A stretch of DNA of 64,000 bases, from assembly GCA_965223845.1 (NCBI GenBank), contig CBDCXR010000004.1:1696001-1760000 (forward strand), written 5' to 3'. The translations under genes and the position numbers were made by a program. Numbering within the stretch: position 1 is the first letter of the stretch; every line of letters starts with the position of its first letter. The notes beneath the pieces are model-generated. The model ran no database searches, had not been told where the DNA came from, and saw only the letters and a list, made by a program, of their open reading frames with translations. The stretch comes from Planctomycetota bacterium (GTDB taxonomy: Bacteria > Planctomycetota > UBA8108 > SXIK01). Positions 17,118 through 26,956 of this stretch are shown here, one piece after another.

Positions 17118-17864
17118 CTAGATGCTGATCTTCTTCTTGCCCTTCTCAGCATCCTCTTTCTTTTTGCCTTCGCCCTTCTTCTTGCCCTCGCCTTTCTTTT
17201 TGCCTTCGCCCTTCTTCTTGCCCTCGCCCTTCTTGATCACGAGGCCGTTCTTGAAGTTCGCGGCGACGTACTTCTTCTTGCAGTTACCGCAGCAGAAGTT
17301 GACGAGCTCGCTCTTGAACACGACGAGAGACTGTTCGAGCTTACCGGGCTTGCCGCTGAAGGGGCACTTGCCGGGCTTCGCCACGTTGACGCCGAGCGAC
17401 TTCTTCGCGTAACCCTTCCGGCAGTTCTCGCAGCAGAACGCGACGGTTTCGGTGCCGACCGCGAGCGTGACTTCGGGATTGACGGCCTTGCCGCTGAGGG
17501 GGCACTTCGCGCCTTCCTTTGCCGCGGCGACCTTGATCTTATTCTTCTCGGCGAACTTTCCCTTGCAGTTGCCACAGCAAAACGCGACGAGCTTAGCTTC
17601 TTTCCGGATGACGCTCTGCTCCGCCTTCCCGGGGTTGCCGCTCAGCGGGCACTTGCCGACCTTCTCGAGATTGACGCCGAGCTTCTTCGCGTAACCTTTT
17701 GGGCAGTTGTTGCAGCAGAACCCGACCTTCGCGCCGTTCACCTCGAGGAAGATGTCCGGATTCGCCGCCTTGCCGCTCAGGGGACACTTGACTTCCTTCT
17801 TCTCCGCACCGACGAGAAAAAGCGCGAGAGGAAGCGCTAGGAGCGAGGCAATCTTGAGCTTCAT
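17118..17864 (-). CDS. Secreted Lys-rich protein with four Cys-rich YHS/TRASH-like repeats
   Basis: Signal peptide; 4x KCP(L/F)SG...FCCxNC; C-terminal (KKKGEG)n tail; GAAAGGA RBS. Confidence 0.8.
   Translation of the reverse strand: MKLKIASLLALPLALFLVGAEKKEVKCPLSGKAANPDIFLEVNGAKVGFCCNNCPKGYAKKLGVNLEKVGKCPLSGNPGKAEQSVIRKEAKLVAFCCGNCKGKFAEKNKIKVAAAKEGAKCPLSGKAVNPEVTLAVGTETVAFCCENCRKGYAKKSLGVNVAKPGKCPFSGKPGKLEQSLVVFKSELVNFCCGNCKKKYVAANFKNGLVIKKGEGKKKGEGKKKGEGKKKGEGKKKEDAEKGKKKISI
17157..17228. repeat. Exact 36-bp tandem duplication (18-bp sub-period) encoding KKKGEG repeats
   Basis: TTTCTTTTTGCCTTCGCCCTTCTTCTTGCCCTCGCC occurs twice head-to-tail (17157-17192 and 17193-17228). Confidence 0.9.
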
Positions 17865-18379
17865 ACGAATTCCTTTCGAACCGAGGTTGAACCACCACGA
17901 CGGGCGGCCGCCGGAAACGAGGCCCGGACGGAATCTCCGCCGCTCGGGAACCGGGTCTCCTACTTGGAGACCTCGGCAGCGAACAGGACTTTGATCGATC
18001 TACGATTTCCCAACCTTCCGGCGAAGCTCGAAGCCGCCGCGCCACGCGCGCGGGCTGGAACTCGCCGTCAAATCCGAGTTAAGTTCCTATACGTTACCGA
18101 GATCCGGACGACAAGGGAAGGGAAAGCGCGCCGGTGGAGCTCCTTCGAGTGCACTCGAGAGAGGATCGTTGGCCGAGTCTCGGATCCGGGCTCGAGCGCG
18201 AGACGCGCTGGTCCGCCTTTTCTGTAAAATATATCGAGTAAAAGATTTGCGATTCACCTCCCGATTCTGACGGAGTCCGGGGGATTCGAACGAGACCAAC
18301 GGCGAGGCCAAGGACTGCTCGAAGAACGCCCGCGCGTAACGCCGCGCGGGACCCCGGCAGCGAGCTCGCGATCCGCCCC

Positions 18380-19534
18380 ATGAGATCGGAATTCCTTCCC
18401 TACACGAGGCCCACGATCGACGAGACGGACGTCGCAGCCGTCACCGACGCGCTCTGCTCCGGCTGGATCACGTCCGGGCCGCGCACGGGCGAGTTCGAAC
18501 GCCTCTTCGCCGCACGGGTCGGTGCGCCAGAGGCCATCGCCGTGAGCTCGGCCACCGCCGGTCTACACCTCACTCTCGCTGCGGCGGAGATCGGGCCCGG
18601 CGACGAGGTCGTCACTCCCTCCTTCACTTGGCCCGCGGCGGTGAACATGATCGAGCGAACGGGCGCGCGGCCGGTCTTCGCGGACATCGATCCCGACTCG
18701 CTGCAGCTCTCGGTGCCCGCGGTCTCCAGTTGCGTCGGTCCGCGAACGCGCCTCGTTCTGCCAGTGCATTTCGCGGGGAACGCCTGTGACCTCAGTGCTC
18801 TCAGAGAGCTCTGCCGATCCAGCGGCTGCGGCCTCCTCGAAGATGCCGCGCACGCGCTCGGCACCGAGTACGACGGCGCCCCGATCGGTTCGGGCGACGG
18901 GCTCGCGACCGTCTTCAGCTTCCACGCGGTCAAGAACATCACGACGGCCGAAGGCGGCATGGTCGTCACGCGCGACCGATCGCTCGCCGAGCGAATCCGC
19001 TCGCTTCGCTTCCACGGCGTCGACCACGACGCATGGCGAAGACACGGAGGTGGGAAGCCATCGTCCTACGATCTGTTCGAGCCCGGCTGGAAGTACAATT
19101 TGACGGACCTCGCCGCGGCGCTCGGCTGCGCGCAGCTCGAGCGTCTCGACCGCTTCGTCGAAGCGCGCGCGCGCCTCGCTCTCCGCTACGATGATGCTCT
19201 TCGCGATGTCGCGGGGATCTCGCTGCCGAGTGAAGGTTCCGGCTACGCGTCTCGCCACTCGTGGCACCTCTACGTCATCCGGATCCACGAGAGTGCTGGC
19301 GTCGATCGCGACGAGTTTCGCCGGCGACTCCGCGAGCGAAACATCGGCACCGGGCTGCACTACCCGGCCGTTCACGAGCTCACGTACTACCGGAGACGCT
19401 ATCCGGACGCGGGCCGATCACTTCCCGTGACCTCGGCGGTCGCCCGTTCGGTCGTCTCGCTTCCGCTCTTCCCAACGCTCACCGACGACGACGTGGATTC
19501 CGTGATCGTCGCCGTCCGCGAGGCGCTCGCGTGA
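18380..19534 (+). CDS. arnB: DegT/DnrJ/EryC1/StrS aminotransferase, ArnB-like
   Basis: SGWITSGP, SSATAGLH, EDAAHALG, FSFHAVKNITTAEGG (PLP Lys), PGWKYNLTD; adjacent to an arnD-like gene. Confidence 0.75.
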   Translation: MRSEFLPYTRPTIDETDVAAVTDALCSGWITSGPRTGEFERLFAARVGAPEAIAVSSATAGLHLTLAAAEIGPGDEVVTPSFTWPAAVNMIERTGARPVFADIDPDSLQLSVPAVSSCVGPRTRLVLPVHFAGNACDLSALRELCRSSGCGLLEDAAHALGTEYDGAPIGSGDGLATVFSFHAVKNITTAEGGMVVTRDRSLAERIRSLRFHGVDHDAWRRHGGGKPSSYDLFEPGWKYNLTDLAAALGCAQLERLDRFVEARARLALRYDDALRDVAGISLPSEGSGYASRHSWHLYVIRIHESAGVDRDEFRRRLRERNIGTGLHYPAVHELTYYRRRYPDAGRSLPVTSAVARSVVSLPLFPTLTDDDVDSVIVAVREALA

Positions 19535-20487
19535 CGGGTCGATCCGGGTCAGAGCCGAGTCGCTCGCGCATTCTCGGTCTACGCGTCGATGTCTGCACTC
19601 ACCGCGGGCTGTACGACGGAGTTCCCGAGCTGCTCCGGCGGCTCGCTCGCGCGCGGGCGCGGGCGACGTTCTTCGTCGCGATGGGGCCCGATCGATCCGG
19701 TCGGGCGGCGCGGCGCGTCCTCACTCGACCGGGATTCCTCCGCAAGATGCTGCGGACCCGCGGGCTCGCGATGTACGGAGTGCGCACGGCGCTCTACGGG
19801 ACCGTCCTGCCGAGCCCGCTCGTCGGGTCGAGTGCAAGCGAGCTCCTCCGCGCGATCCGAGCGGGCGGTCACGAGCTCGGGATCCACTCGTGGGACCACG
19901 TGACGTGGCACGACCGACTCGACCGCTGGGGAGAGTGCGAGATCGCGGCCGACTATCGGGAGGCGAGCGTGGCGTTCGTGCGCGCGGCCGAGGAGTTTCC
20001 CGAAGCCTCCGCGGCGCCGGGATGGCTCGCATCGGCGGCCAGCCTTCGGGTGGGAGATGGTTACGGATTTCGTTACGCGAGCGACGTTCGCGGGGAAGCG
20101 CCGTTTCTCCCCGTTGTGAACGGCGAGGCGCTTCGGACGCCACAGGTTCCGGCGACGATGGCGACGCTCGACGAGGCCGTCGGCCGGGAGCGAATGACTG
20201 CGGAGGAGTTCTTCGCGGAGGCGCACGAGACCGTCGCAAGATCGGCGCGCCGCGAAGTGTTCACGGCGCACGCCGAGGCTGAGGGGCGATCGTACGCGCG
20301 TCCGTTCGAGCGCTGGCTGCGCCGGCTCGCATCGGTCGGGGTTGCGGTCGTTCCCCTCGGCGAGGTCCTCGACCGCGCCGACTCGCCGCTTCCCCATTTC
20401 GGCGTGGAGCGCTCGCTCGTGCCCGGGCGAGCCGGAGCCGTCTCGATTCAGGCGACGAGTGTTGCGCCGCGTCCTCAGACCGAGTAG
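19531..20487 (+). CDS. arnD: Polysaccharide deacetylase, ArnD-like deformylase
   Basis: GTGA overlap; GLRVDVCTHRG...GVPEL, ATFFVAMGPDRSGR, HELGIHSWDHVTW, SAAPGW, TLDEAVG, VFTAHAEAEG match ArnD. Confidence 0.8.
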   Translation: MTGRSGSEPSRSRILGLRVDVCTHRGLYDGVPELLRRLARARARATFFVAMGPDRSGRAARRVLTRPGFLRKMLRTRGLAMYGVRTALYGTVLPSPLVGSSASELLRAIRAGGHELGIHSWDHVTWHDRLDRWGECEIAADYREASVAFVRAAEEFPEASAAPGWLASAASLRVGDGYGFRYASDVRGEAPFLPVVNGEALRTPQVPATMATLDEAVGRERMTAEEFFAEAHETVARSARREVFTAHAEAEGRSYARPFERWLRRLASVGVAVVPLGEVLDRADSPLPHFGVERSLVPGRAGAVSIQATSVAPRPQTE

Positions 20488-20558
20488 TAACTCCACTGAC
20501 GCCCACGACGAGAGTGCTCGCGGTGGGCGGCGTAGCCTTCCGGCGAGGATGACCGGGA

Positions 20559-21824
20559 ATGCAAGTGGCTGAAGTGAAGACCGAGAGCTCGGGCGCGAAC
20601 GCCGAGCCAGCGCGAACTGGCGAGAGACGCGTCCGGACTTCGCGGGAGCTCGCTCTCTACGTCATACGGGGCGTCGGGAGCTACTCGCTCGTCGCGTTCA
20701 TCGTCCTCGGAACCGTGATGGGAGTCATCGGCACCGTCCGCGCGACGGAAAAGTTCGACGTCGATTTCCTGCTCATCCTCCCCGTTCTCGCGCGCGCAAT
20801 CGGGCAGGCGATGATTTACACCCTGCCCGTCTCGCTCCTCTTTGGGACGAGCCTCCTCGTGGGGAAGCTGCGCGCGGATCGCGAGCTGATCTCCTGTTAC
20901 AGCTTTGGGATTTCGCCGACCAAGCTCGCGGTTCCGGTCATCATTCTCGGCCTCGTTCTGAGTGCGATCTCCTATCCGATCAATAACTACCTCGTGCCCG
21001 AGTTTCGGTACCAGAACCGGAACATCGCGACCCTCATCATGGATCAGCTGCCGTACCTCGGTGAGGGGTGGGGGCTCGAGTTCAGTCAGGACTCGTACGA
21101 AATCTGGGTGGAGCGGCACGTCGGCGGCCATCTCGAGGGGATCTTCCTCGCGATCAAGGGCGAACGCGGTGAAGGACCGATCTCGAAGAGCGTCCTCGAA
21201 GATGTCGAGACGCCGACCTATCCCGTCTACCTCTTTGCCGAGCGCGGCCGAGTCGGAGTTCGGGATGGCAGCGATCGCGCCTACCGCATTCAGCTCGAAG
21301 GAGTGAGCGTGTTCGTCGACGGTGAGTTCTTCGATCGCGGGTCGCCGTCCGACTTCGTTCAGCGGGGATATCTGGCGTCGTGGACGTGGGAGATCCCGGC
21401 GGCGGACAAGTCGCACGGTACGAAGGACCTCGTCGGTCCCGCTCTCGCCGCGTTTCGCGTCGAGATGTACGAGCAGTGGAAGCGCTTCGAAGCGCGCGGC
21501 GACGCGGACACGAAGCGCGCGCGTCGAAAGTACTACTCCATCGTTCGCGAGCAGCACCGCCGCATCACGATCGCGCTCAGCTGCCTCACTTTCCCCCTGG
21601 CTGCGTTCGCGATCGGCATCTTCCTCACCTCCGGGAATCGCCTCCTGCCGTTCTTCGTCGCGAGCACGGTCGTTCCGGGGCTCTTCTTCGGTCTCGAGCT
21701 TTTCGGTGGAGGCCTCGCGCAACGCGGGATCGTGCCCGCGTTGACGGAGCAGCTCGGGAATCTCGCGCTCGTCGCGCTGGCGCTCGTCCTCTTCGCTCTC
21801 GAGACGCGGGGACCGCGTCGCTAG
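20559..21824 (+). CDS. LptF/LptG family LPS export ABC transporter permease
   Basis: 3 TM, periplasmic domain, 3 TM; YTLPVSLLFG...GKLRADRELI...GISP; HRRITIALSCLTFPL. Confidence 0.85.
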   Translation: MQVAEVKTESSGANAEPARTGERRVRTSRELALYVIRGVGSYSLVAFIVLGTVMGVIGTVRATEKFDVDFLLILPVLARAIGQAMIYTLPVSLLFGTSLLVGKLRADRELISCYSFGISPTKLAVPVIILGLVLSAISYPINNYLVPEFRYQNRNIATLIMDQLPYLGEGWGLEFSQDSYEIWVERHVGGHLEGIFLAIKGERGEGPISKSVLEDVETPTYPVYLFAERGRVGVRDGSDRAYRIQLEGVSVFVDGEFFDRGSPSDFVQRGYLASWTWEIPAADKSHGTKDLVGPALAAFRVEMYEQWKRFEARGDADTKRARRKYYSIVREQHRRITIALSCLTFPLAAFAIGIFLTSGNRLLPFFVASTVVPGLFFGLELFGGGLAQRGIVPALTEQLGNLALVALALVLFALETRGPRR

Positions 21825-21865
21825 CTCGCGTTCGCAGAGTCAGTCTCCGCAGACCCGGTTCGCGG

Positions 21866-21894
21866 TTGGACTTCCACGCCGCGCGGGCGATAAT
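21866..21894 (+). promoter_or_regulatory. Putative sigma70 promoter of acnA
   Basis: TTGGAC-17 nt-GATAAT, about 245 nt upstream of the acnA ATG. Confidence 0.4.
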
Positions 21895-22139
21895 GCCCAG
21901 CTTTCGCGCGGACTGGCGCCGCCCCCGGGGCAGCTCAGCTGACTCCTGTGGCTAGGACGACGTGCGCCGCCGGACGTGGTGGGAACGAACGGACGAGAAC
22001 GCGGACCGCAGGACCGGCAGGGTTTCGGCTCCGAGCGACGATCCGGCGGCACCTCCGAGCGTCCACCGATCGTCTCTCCGTCGCGAAGCCGACCCTAGTC
22101 AGCTAATGATCGCGCACGGGGCGACCCGAGGAGCTCGAG

Positions 22140-24923
22140 ATGTCGAAAGCTAAGGACCCCTTCGGAGCCTGGAGCTCCCTTGAGACGAGCGCCGGAAGCG
22201 TCTCCTACGTCGCCCTCGAGGCGATTCAGAAGGCGGGATTCACTGACGTTCCGACGCTCCCCTTCTCCATCAAGGTGCTGCTCGAGGCCGCGCTCCGCCA
22301 GGTGGACGACTTCCAGGTGCGCGTCGAGGACGTCGAATCGATCGCGCGCTGGGGCGGTGGCGCCGCGCCGGTCGAGATTCCGTTCAAGCCGGCGCGCGTC
22401 CTCATGCAGGACTTCACGGGCGTGCCGGCCGTCGTCGATCTGGCCGCTCTCCGAAGCGCGACCGCGCGTCTCGGCGGCGACCCGAACCGCATCAATCCGG
22501 TCGTTCCCGTCGATCTCGTGATCGATCATTCCGTTCAGGTCGACCGCTTCGGGTCGGCGGCCGCGCTCCTCTTCAACTCCGAGCGTGAGTTCGAGCGGAA
22601 CCGCGAGCGGTACGAGTTCCTCCGCTGGGGCGCCGAGGCCTTCGACAACTTTCAGGTCGTCCCGCCGGCGATGGGCATCGTCCACCAGGTGAACCTCGAA
22701 TACCTGGCGCGCGTCGTTCAGACACGGACGGTAGATGGAAAGGCCGTCGCGTTCCCGGACTCCCTCGTCGGCACCGATTCGCACACGACGATGATCAACG
22801 GCATCGGAGTCCTCGGGTGGGGAGTCGGAGGGATCGAAGCCGAAGCGGCGATGCTCGGCCAGCCGCTGTACATGCTGACCCCGGACGTCGTCGGTCTCCG
22901 GCTCGACGGAGAGCTCCCGGAGGGAGCGACCGCGACCGATCTCGTCCTCCTCGTCACCCAAGTTCTCCGCCAGCACGGAGTCGTCGGAAAGTTCGTCGAG
23001 TTTTTCGGCCCGGGCCTCTCCCGGCTCAGCCTCGCCGACCGTGCGACGCTCGCCAACATGGCACCGGAATACGGCGCGACGATGGGATTCTTCCCCGTCG
23101 ACGATGAAACGCTTCGTTACATGCGCGGCACGGGACGACCGGCGGAGCTGGTCGATCTCGTCGAGCGCTACACGAAAGCGCAGGGACTCTTCCACTCGAG
23201 CGCGTCGCCGGACCCGCGCTTCACCGACGTGGTCGCCGTCGACATGAGCGAGGTGGAGCCGGCGCTCGCGGGACCGCGGCGGCCGCAGGACCGCGTTTCT
23301 CTCTGGGCCATGAAGGACTCGTTCGAAAACGAGCTCGAGAGCACGTTCGGCTCGATCACGGGGCGCGGAAGCGGCTCCGGCGCCGGCGGGACCGCCACCG
23401 CGGTCGAGGCGGCGACGCGTACGAAAACGAAGGTGGGAACGCGCGAGGATCGTTACGCGTCGGCGCGCACACCGGTCGCCGTGCGCGGGACAGAGACGAC
23501 GCTCACCCACGGATCCGTCGTCATCGCCGCGATCACGAGCTGCACGAACACCTCGAACCCCTCGGTCATGATCGGTGCGGGGCTGCTCGCCAAGGCCGCT
23601 GTCGCACGCGGCCTCACGGTCCCGAAGCACGTGAAGACGAGCCTCGCACCGGGATCCCGCGTCGTGAAGGGCTATCTCGAGGGGGCCGGAGTCCTCCCCT
23701 ACCTCGAAGGCCTCGGCTTCCACGTCGTCGGCTACGGCTGTACGACCTGCATCGGAAACAGCGGACCCCTCGCCGAGCCGATCGCGAGCGCGATCAAGGA
23801 GAACGACCTCGTCGCCGCGGCGGTTCTCTCCGGCAATCGGAACTTCGAGGGCCGTGTCAATCCGCACGTGCGCGCGAACTACCTCGCTTCGCCGCCCCTC
23901 GTCGTCGCGTACGCGCTCGCGGGCACGGTCGACATCGACATGGGAAGTGAGCCCCTCGGGTTCGACGCGAACAGCGATCCGGTGTACCTCGCCGACATCT
24001 GGCCGTCCCAAGACGAGATTCGCCGCGCCGTCGAGGAGACCCTGAGTCCCGAAATCTTCGCGGCGGAGTACGGCAACGTGTTCCACGGCAACGAGCAGTG
24101 GAACTCGATCCCCGTCGAAGGCGGAGACCTCTACTCCTGGAGCGCGGAGTCGACGTACATTCAGGAGCCGCCGTTCTTCCAGGAGCTATCGGTCGACGAG
24201 CCGGATTCCGTCGCGATCCGCGGTGCGCGCGTGCTCGCGTTTCTGGGCGACTCCGTAACGACCGATCACATTTCACCGGCCGGTGCCATTCCTCCGGACG
24301 GTCCCGCGGGCAAGTACCTCGTCGAACACAACGTCGAGCGACGCGAGTTCAACTCGTTCGGCTCGCGTCGCGGAAACCACGAAGTCATGATGCGGGGGAC
24401 GTTCGCGAACATCCGGATCCGCAACCGACTCGTTCCGGGAGTCGAAGGCGGGTACACGAAGCACCTTCCGAGCGGCGACGAGCTCAGCATCTACGACGCG
24501 GCGATGCGCTACGCGAGTGAGGAAACTCCGCTCGTCGTCCTCGCCGGGAAGGAATACGGTACGGGAAGCTCGCGCGACTGGGCGGCGAAAGGAACCGTTC
24601 TTCTCGGCGTTCGCGCCGTCATCGCGGCGAGCTACGAGCGCATCCACAGGAGCAACCTCATCGGAATGGGGGTTCTCCCGCTCGAGTTTCTCCCGGGGGA
24701 GAGCGCCGACACGCACGGGCTCGACGGCTCCGAGACGATCGACGTTCTCGGGCTCGACGGCGACATCGAGCCGCGACAGGAAGCCGAGGTGCGCGCCGTG
24801 ACGCCGGACGGAAACGAACGGCGATTCAAGGTCCGTGTGCGCATCGACTCTCCGGTCGAAGTGAAGTACTACCGCAATCGCGGCATCCTCCACACGGTCC
24901 TCCGCGAGATGCTGCGAGGCTAG
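22140..24923 (+). CDS. acnA: Aconitate hydratase A
   Basis: [70 protein letters not shown]. Confidence 0.98.
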   Translation: MSKAKDPFGAWSSLETSAGSVSYVALEAIQKAGFTDVPTLPFSIKVLLEAALRQVDDFQVRVEDVESIARWGGGAAPVEIPFKPARVLMQDFTGVPAVVDLAALRSATARLGGDPNRINPVVPVDLVIDHSVQVDRFGSAAALLFNSEREFERNRERYEFLRWGAEAFDNFQVVPPAMGIVHQVNLEYLARVVQTRTVDGKAVAFPDSLVGTDSHTTMINGIGVLGWGVGGIEAEAAMLGQPLYMLTPDVVGLRLDGELPEGATATDLVLLVTQVLRQHGVVGKFVEFFGPGLSRLSLADRATLANMAPEYGATMGFFPVDDETLRYMRGTGRPAELVDLVERYTKAQGLFHSSASPDPRFTDVVAVDMSEVEPALAGPRRPQDRVSLWAMKDSFENELESTFGSITGRGSGSGAGGTATAVEAATRTKTKVGTREDRYASARTPVAVRGTETTLTHGSVVIAAITSCTNTSNPSVMIGAGLLAKAAVARGLTVPKHVKTSLAPGSRVVKGYLEGAGVLPYLEGLGFHVVGYGCTTCIGNSGPLAEPIASAIKENDLVAAAVLSGNRNFEGRVNPHVRANYLASPPLVVAYALAGTVDIDMGSEPLGFDANSDPVYLADIWPSQDEIRRAVEETLSPEIFAAEYGNVFHGNEQWNSIPVEGGDLYSWSAESTYIQEPPFFQELSVDEPDSVAIRGARVLAFLGDSVTTDHISPAGAIPPDGPAGKYLVEHNVERREFNSFGSRRGNHEVMMRGTFANIRIRNRLVPGVEGGYTKHLPSGDELSIYDAAMRYASEETPLVVLAGKEYGTGSSRDWAAKGTVLLGVRAVIAASYERIHRSNLIGMGVLPLEFLPGESADTHGLDGSETIDVLGLDGDIEPRQEAEVRAVTPDGNERRFKVRVRIDSPVEVKYYRNRGILHTVLREMLRG

Positions 24924-24924
24924 G

Positions 24925-25929
24925 GTGAGTTCCTCACCCGACTCGGTGAGTGAAGCAGCGAGCGAACCCGCGGAGAGTTCGCGAGACTCGTCGCTCGAGT
25001 GCCCCGCGCGACCGTCGCGGCTGGCGGCGCGAGTCGAGCTGCCGTGTCCCGTCGAGGAACGGTCGACGGGAAGCCTTCAGCGAGTCTGGATCTTGCCCGA
25101 GCACGCGGATTGGTATCGCGGTGCCGTGGGGGAGGCAAATCTCGCTCGTCCGCGATCGTCTACCCGCCACGTCGAGCTCGTTCAGTCGACGCGGAAGAGC
25201 ACGGTCTACCGGGGGGAGATCGGCGACGGCGCGAACTCGCGCGGCGTCTACATCAAAGAGGAGCCCTACGGAATCGTCGCCGGACTCACGCGCCTCGTCG
25301 CGACCAGTCGTACGCGGCGCGAATTCCGGAACCTCCTCCGACTTCACGCCGCCGATGTGCCGGCGGTCGAGCCCATAGCGTGCGCCGAGGAATCCACGGG
25401 GCCGCGTTTTCGCGCGAGCGTTCTCGTCACCGGAGAATTCGCGGGCGCGCCGAATCTCAAAGAGTGGGCGCGGACTGCACCGAGCCCCGAGGACGTCGAG
25501 GCGGTGGGAAAAGCTCTTCTCGGTTTCTCCCGTCAACTCGCCCGACTCCACTCGGCCCGGATTTTCGTACGATCGCTCTACGGGAAGAACATCCTCGTCC
25601 GCGTCGGCCGAGAGGCGGCTGAGCTCTGTCTCTGTGACGTCTCGCGCATGTGGGCGTGGCGGCCGAACGCGGGGAGCCGGCGGCTCGCGGTGTTCGATCT
25701 CGGCTGCCTCGGCAAGTGGGCGGAATCCGTGTACTCGCCGCGCGAGCGTCTCCGCTTCCTACGGGCGTATTTGCGCGAGCGCGGGGAGGCGGGGTCACTG
25801 CGGGAGTGGAGCGAGCGGGTCGCGCGAAAGTCGGCGTTTCTTCGCCACGAGACCCGCGCCGGTCGCCTCCGAAAGAAATTCCGGCGCTTTCTCAACCGCT
25901 ACGAGCTGAGGAAGTACTGGCCGTTCTGA
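24925..25929 (+). CDS. Lipopolysaccharide kinase (Kdo/WaaP/InaA) family protein
   Basis: VYIK, REFRNLLRL, SVLVTGEF, LARLH...KNILV, DLGCL, ERLRFLRAYL. Start uncertain. Confidence 0.75.
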   Translation: MSSSPDSVSEAASEPAESSRDSSLECPARPSRLAARVELPCPVEERSTGSLQRVWILPEHADWYRGAVGEANLARPRSSTRHVELVQSTRKSTVYRGEIGDGANSRGVYIKEEPYGIVAGLTRLVATSRTRREFRNLLRLHAADVPAVEPIACAEESTGPRFRASVLVTGEFAGAPNLKEWARTAPSPEDVEAVGKALLGFSRQLARLHSARIFVRSLYGKNILVRVGREAAELCLCDVSRMWAWRPNAGSRRLAVFDLGCLGKWAESVYSPRERLRFLRAYLRERGEAGSLREWSERVARKSAFLRHETRAGRLRKKFRRFLNRYELRKYWPF

Positions 25930-26041
25930 CGGAGATTTGCTACTCAACAGTCAGAAAACGAAGGAAGAGAGGAGCCGCGGCCGCCGGGTTTCTCGATGGG
26001 AAGCCCGGCGACCGAGGGTCGCCGCAACGCGAGAGAAGACG

Positions 26042-26734
26042 ATGGTGTCCGCCAGCGAACACACGCGACCGACGAAGCGCAATCGCTACTCCGAGAACCT
26101 ACGCCGCGCCGATCAAGCCGCGAGCTACAACACGAAGTACGAGCGCGAATTCCACAAGCGCCTTTCCGATTCGCGGGAAAAGCGACTCCTCGGAGAGATT
26201 CTGGAGACGATCGGTCGTCAGCCGACTCTCCTCGACGTACCCTGCGGCGCGGGTCGCCTTTCGGGCGTCCTGTCGCGCTACGCCGATCGCGTCTTCGAGG
26301 TGGACTACTCGCTCGAGATGGCGAAGCTCTGCCGGACGAACGCCGCCCAGCACGGTTACGAGCCCATTCTCGCGAACGCCTCCGCGCTCCAGCTGCCGTT
26401 TCCCGCGCGAAGCTTCGATCTCGTCGTGTCGATTCGACTCTCGCACCACTTTCCCGCGCGCGAAGAGAGACTCCAGCACATCGAAGAGCTTCTCCGCGTC
26501 TCCCGCCGGTTCGTGCTCGTTACGTTCTTCGGGACGGAGAGCCTCAAAAACCGCCTTCGCCGGCTCAAGATCAAGCTCGGCTCGAAGAAGCGCGGGAAGT
26601 ACACGCTTCACCACGACGAAGTTCGCGCCACCGCGGCCGCCGCCGGGTTCGACTTCGTCCGGTCCTGGCCGCTCGCGCATTTCTTCAGCGGCCACTACTT
26701 CGCCCTGCTTGAGCGGCGGGACGGGACGAGATAG
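26042..26734 (+). CDS. Class I SAM-dependent methyltransferase (WarA/PA4379-like)
   Basis: LLDVPCGAGR motif I, DYSLEM, LPFPARSFDLVVSIRLSHH. Confidence 0.85.
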   Translation: MVSASEHTRPTKRNRYSENLRRADQAASYNTKYEREFHKRLSDSREKRLLGEILETIGRQPTLLDVPCGAGRLSGVLSRYADRVFEVDYSLEMAKLCRTNAAQHGYEPILANASALQLPFPARSFDLVVSIRLSHHFPAREERLQHIEELLRVSRRFVLVTFFGTESLKNRLRRLKIKLGSKKRGKYTLHHDEVRATAAAAGFDFVRSWPLAHFFSGHYFALLERRDGTR

Positions 26735-26956
26735 CGTCGCGGCCGCGGTCGTCGATCGATCGGGCGCAATCCGCGGGTCCGCGCGGACTCAGTTCGCACT
26801 CGGCTCCTCGCGCGGAGGCGAAGTTTCGGGCGGCGGGGCGTTGGGGACCGTGATCGTGATCAGCGCGACGGTTTCGCCGAGACTCGGAACGGGTCGAAGC
26901 ATATAGCCCGACCTCTCGGCCTTCGTCGTTATCTCGGCGAGGGCCTTAGGGATCTC

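Noticed and set aside
17157-17228. 36-bp repeat as a CRISPR array
   Set aside because: The repeats are contiguous with no spacers, lie in frame within a CDS, and no cas genes are present.
22095-24086. 663-aa minus-strand ORF (likewise 45420-47108, 48369-49595, 9365-11005, 27119-28741)
   Set aside because: Antisense shadows of acnA, lpdA, pdhB and other well-supported genes.
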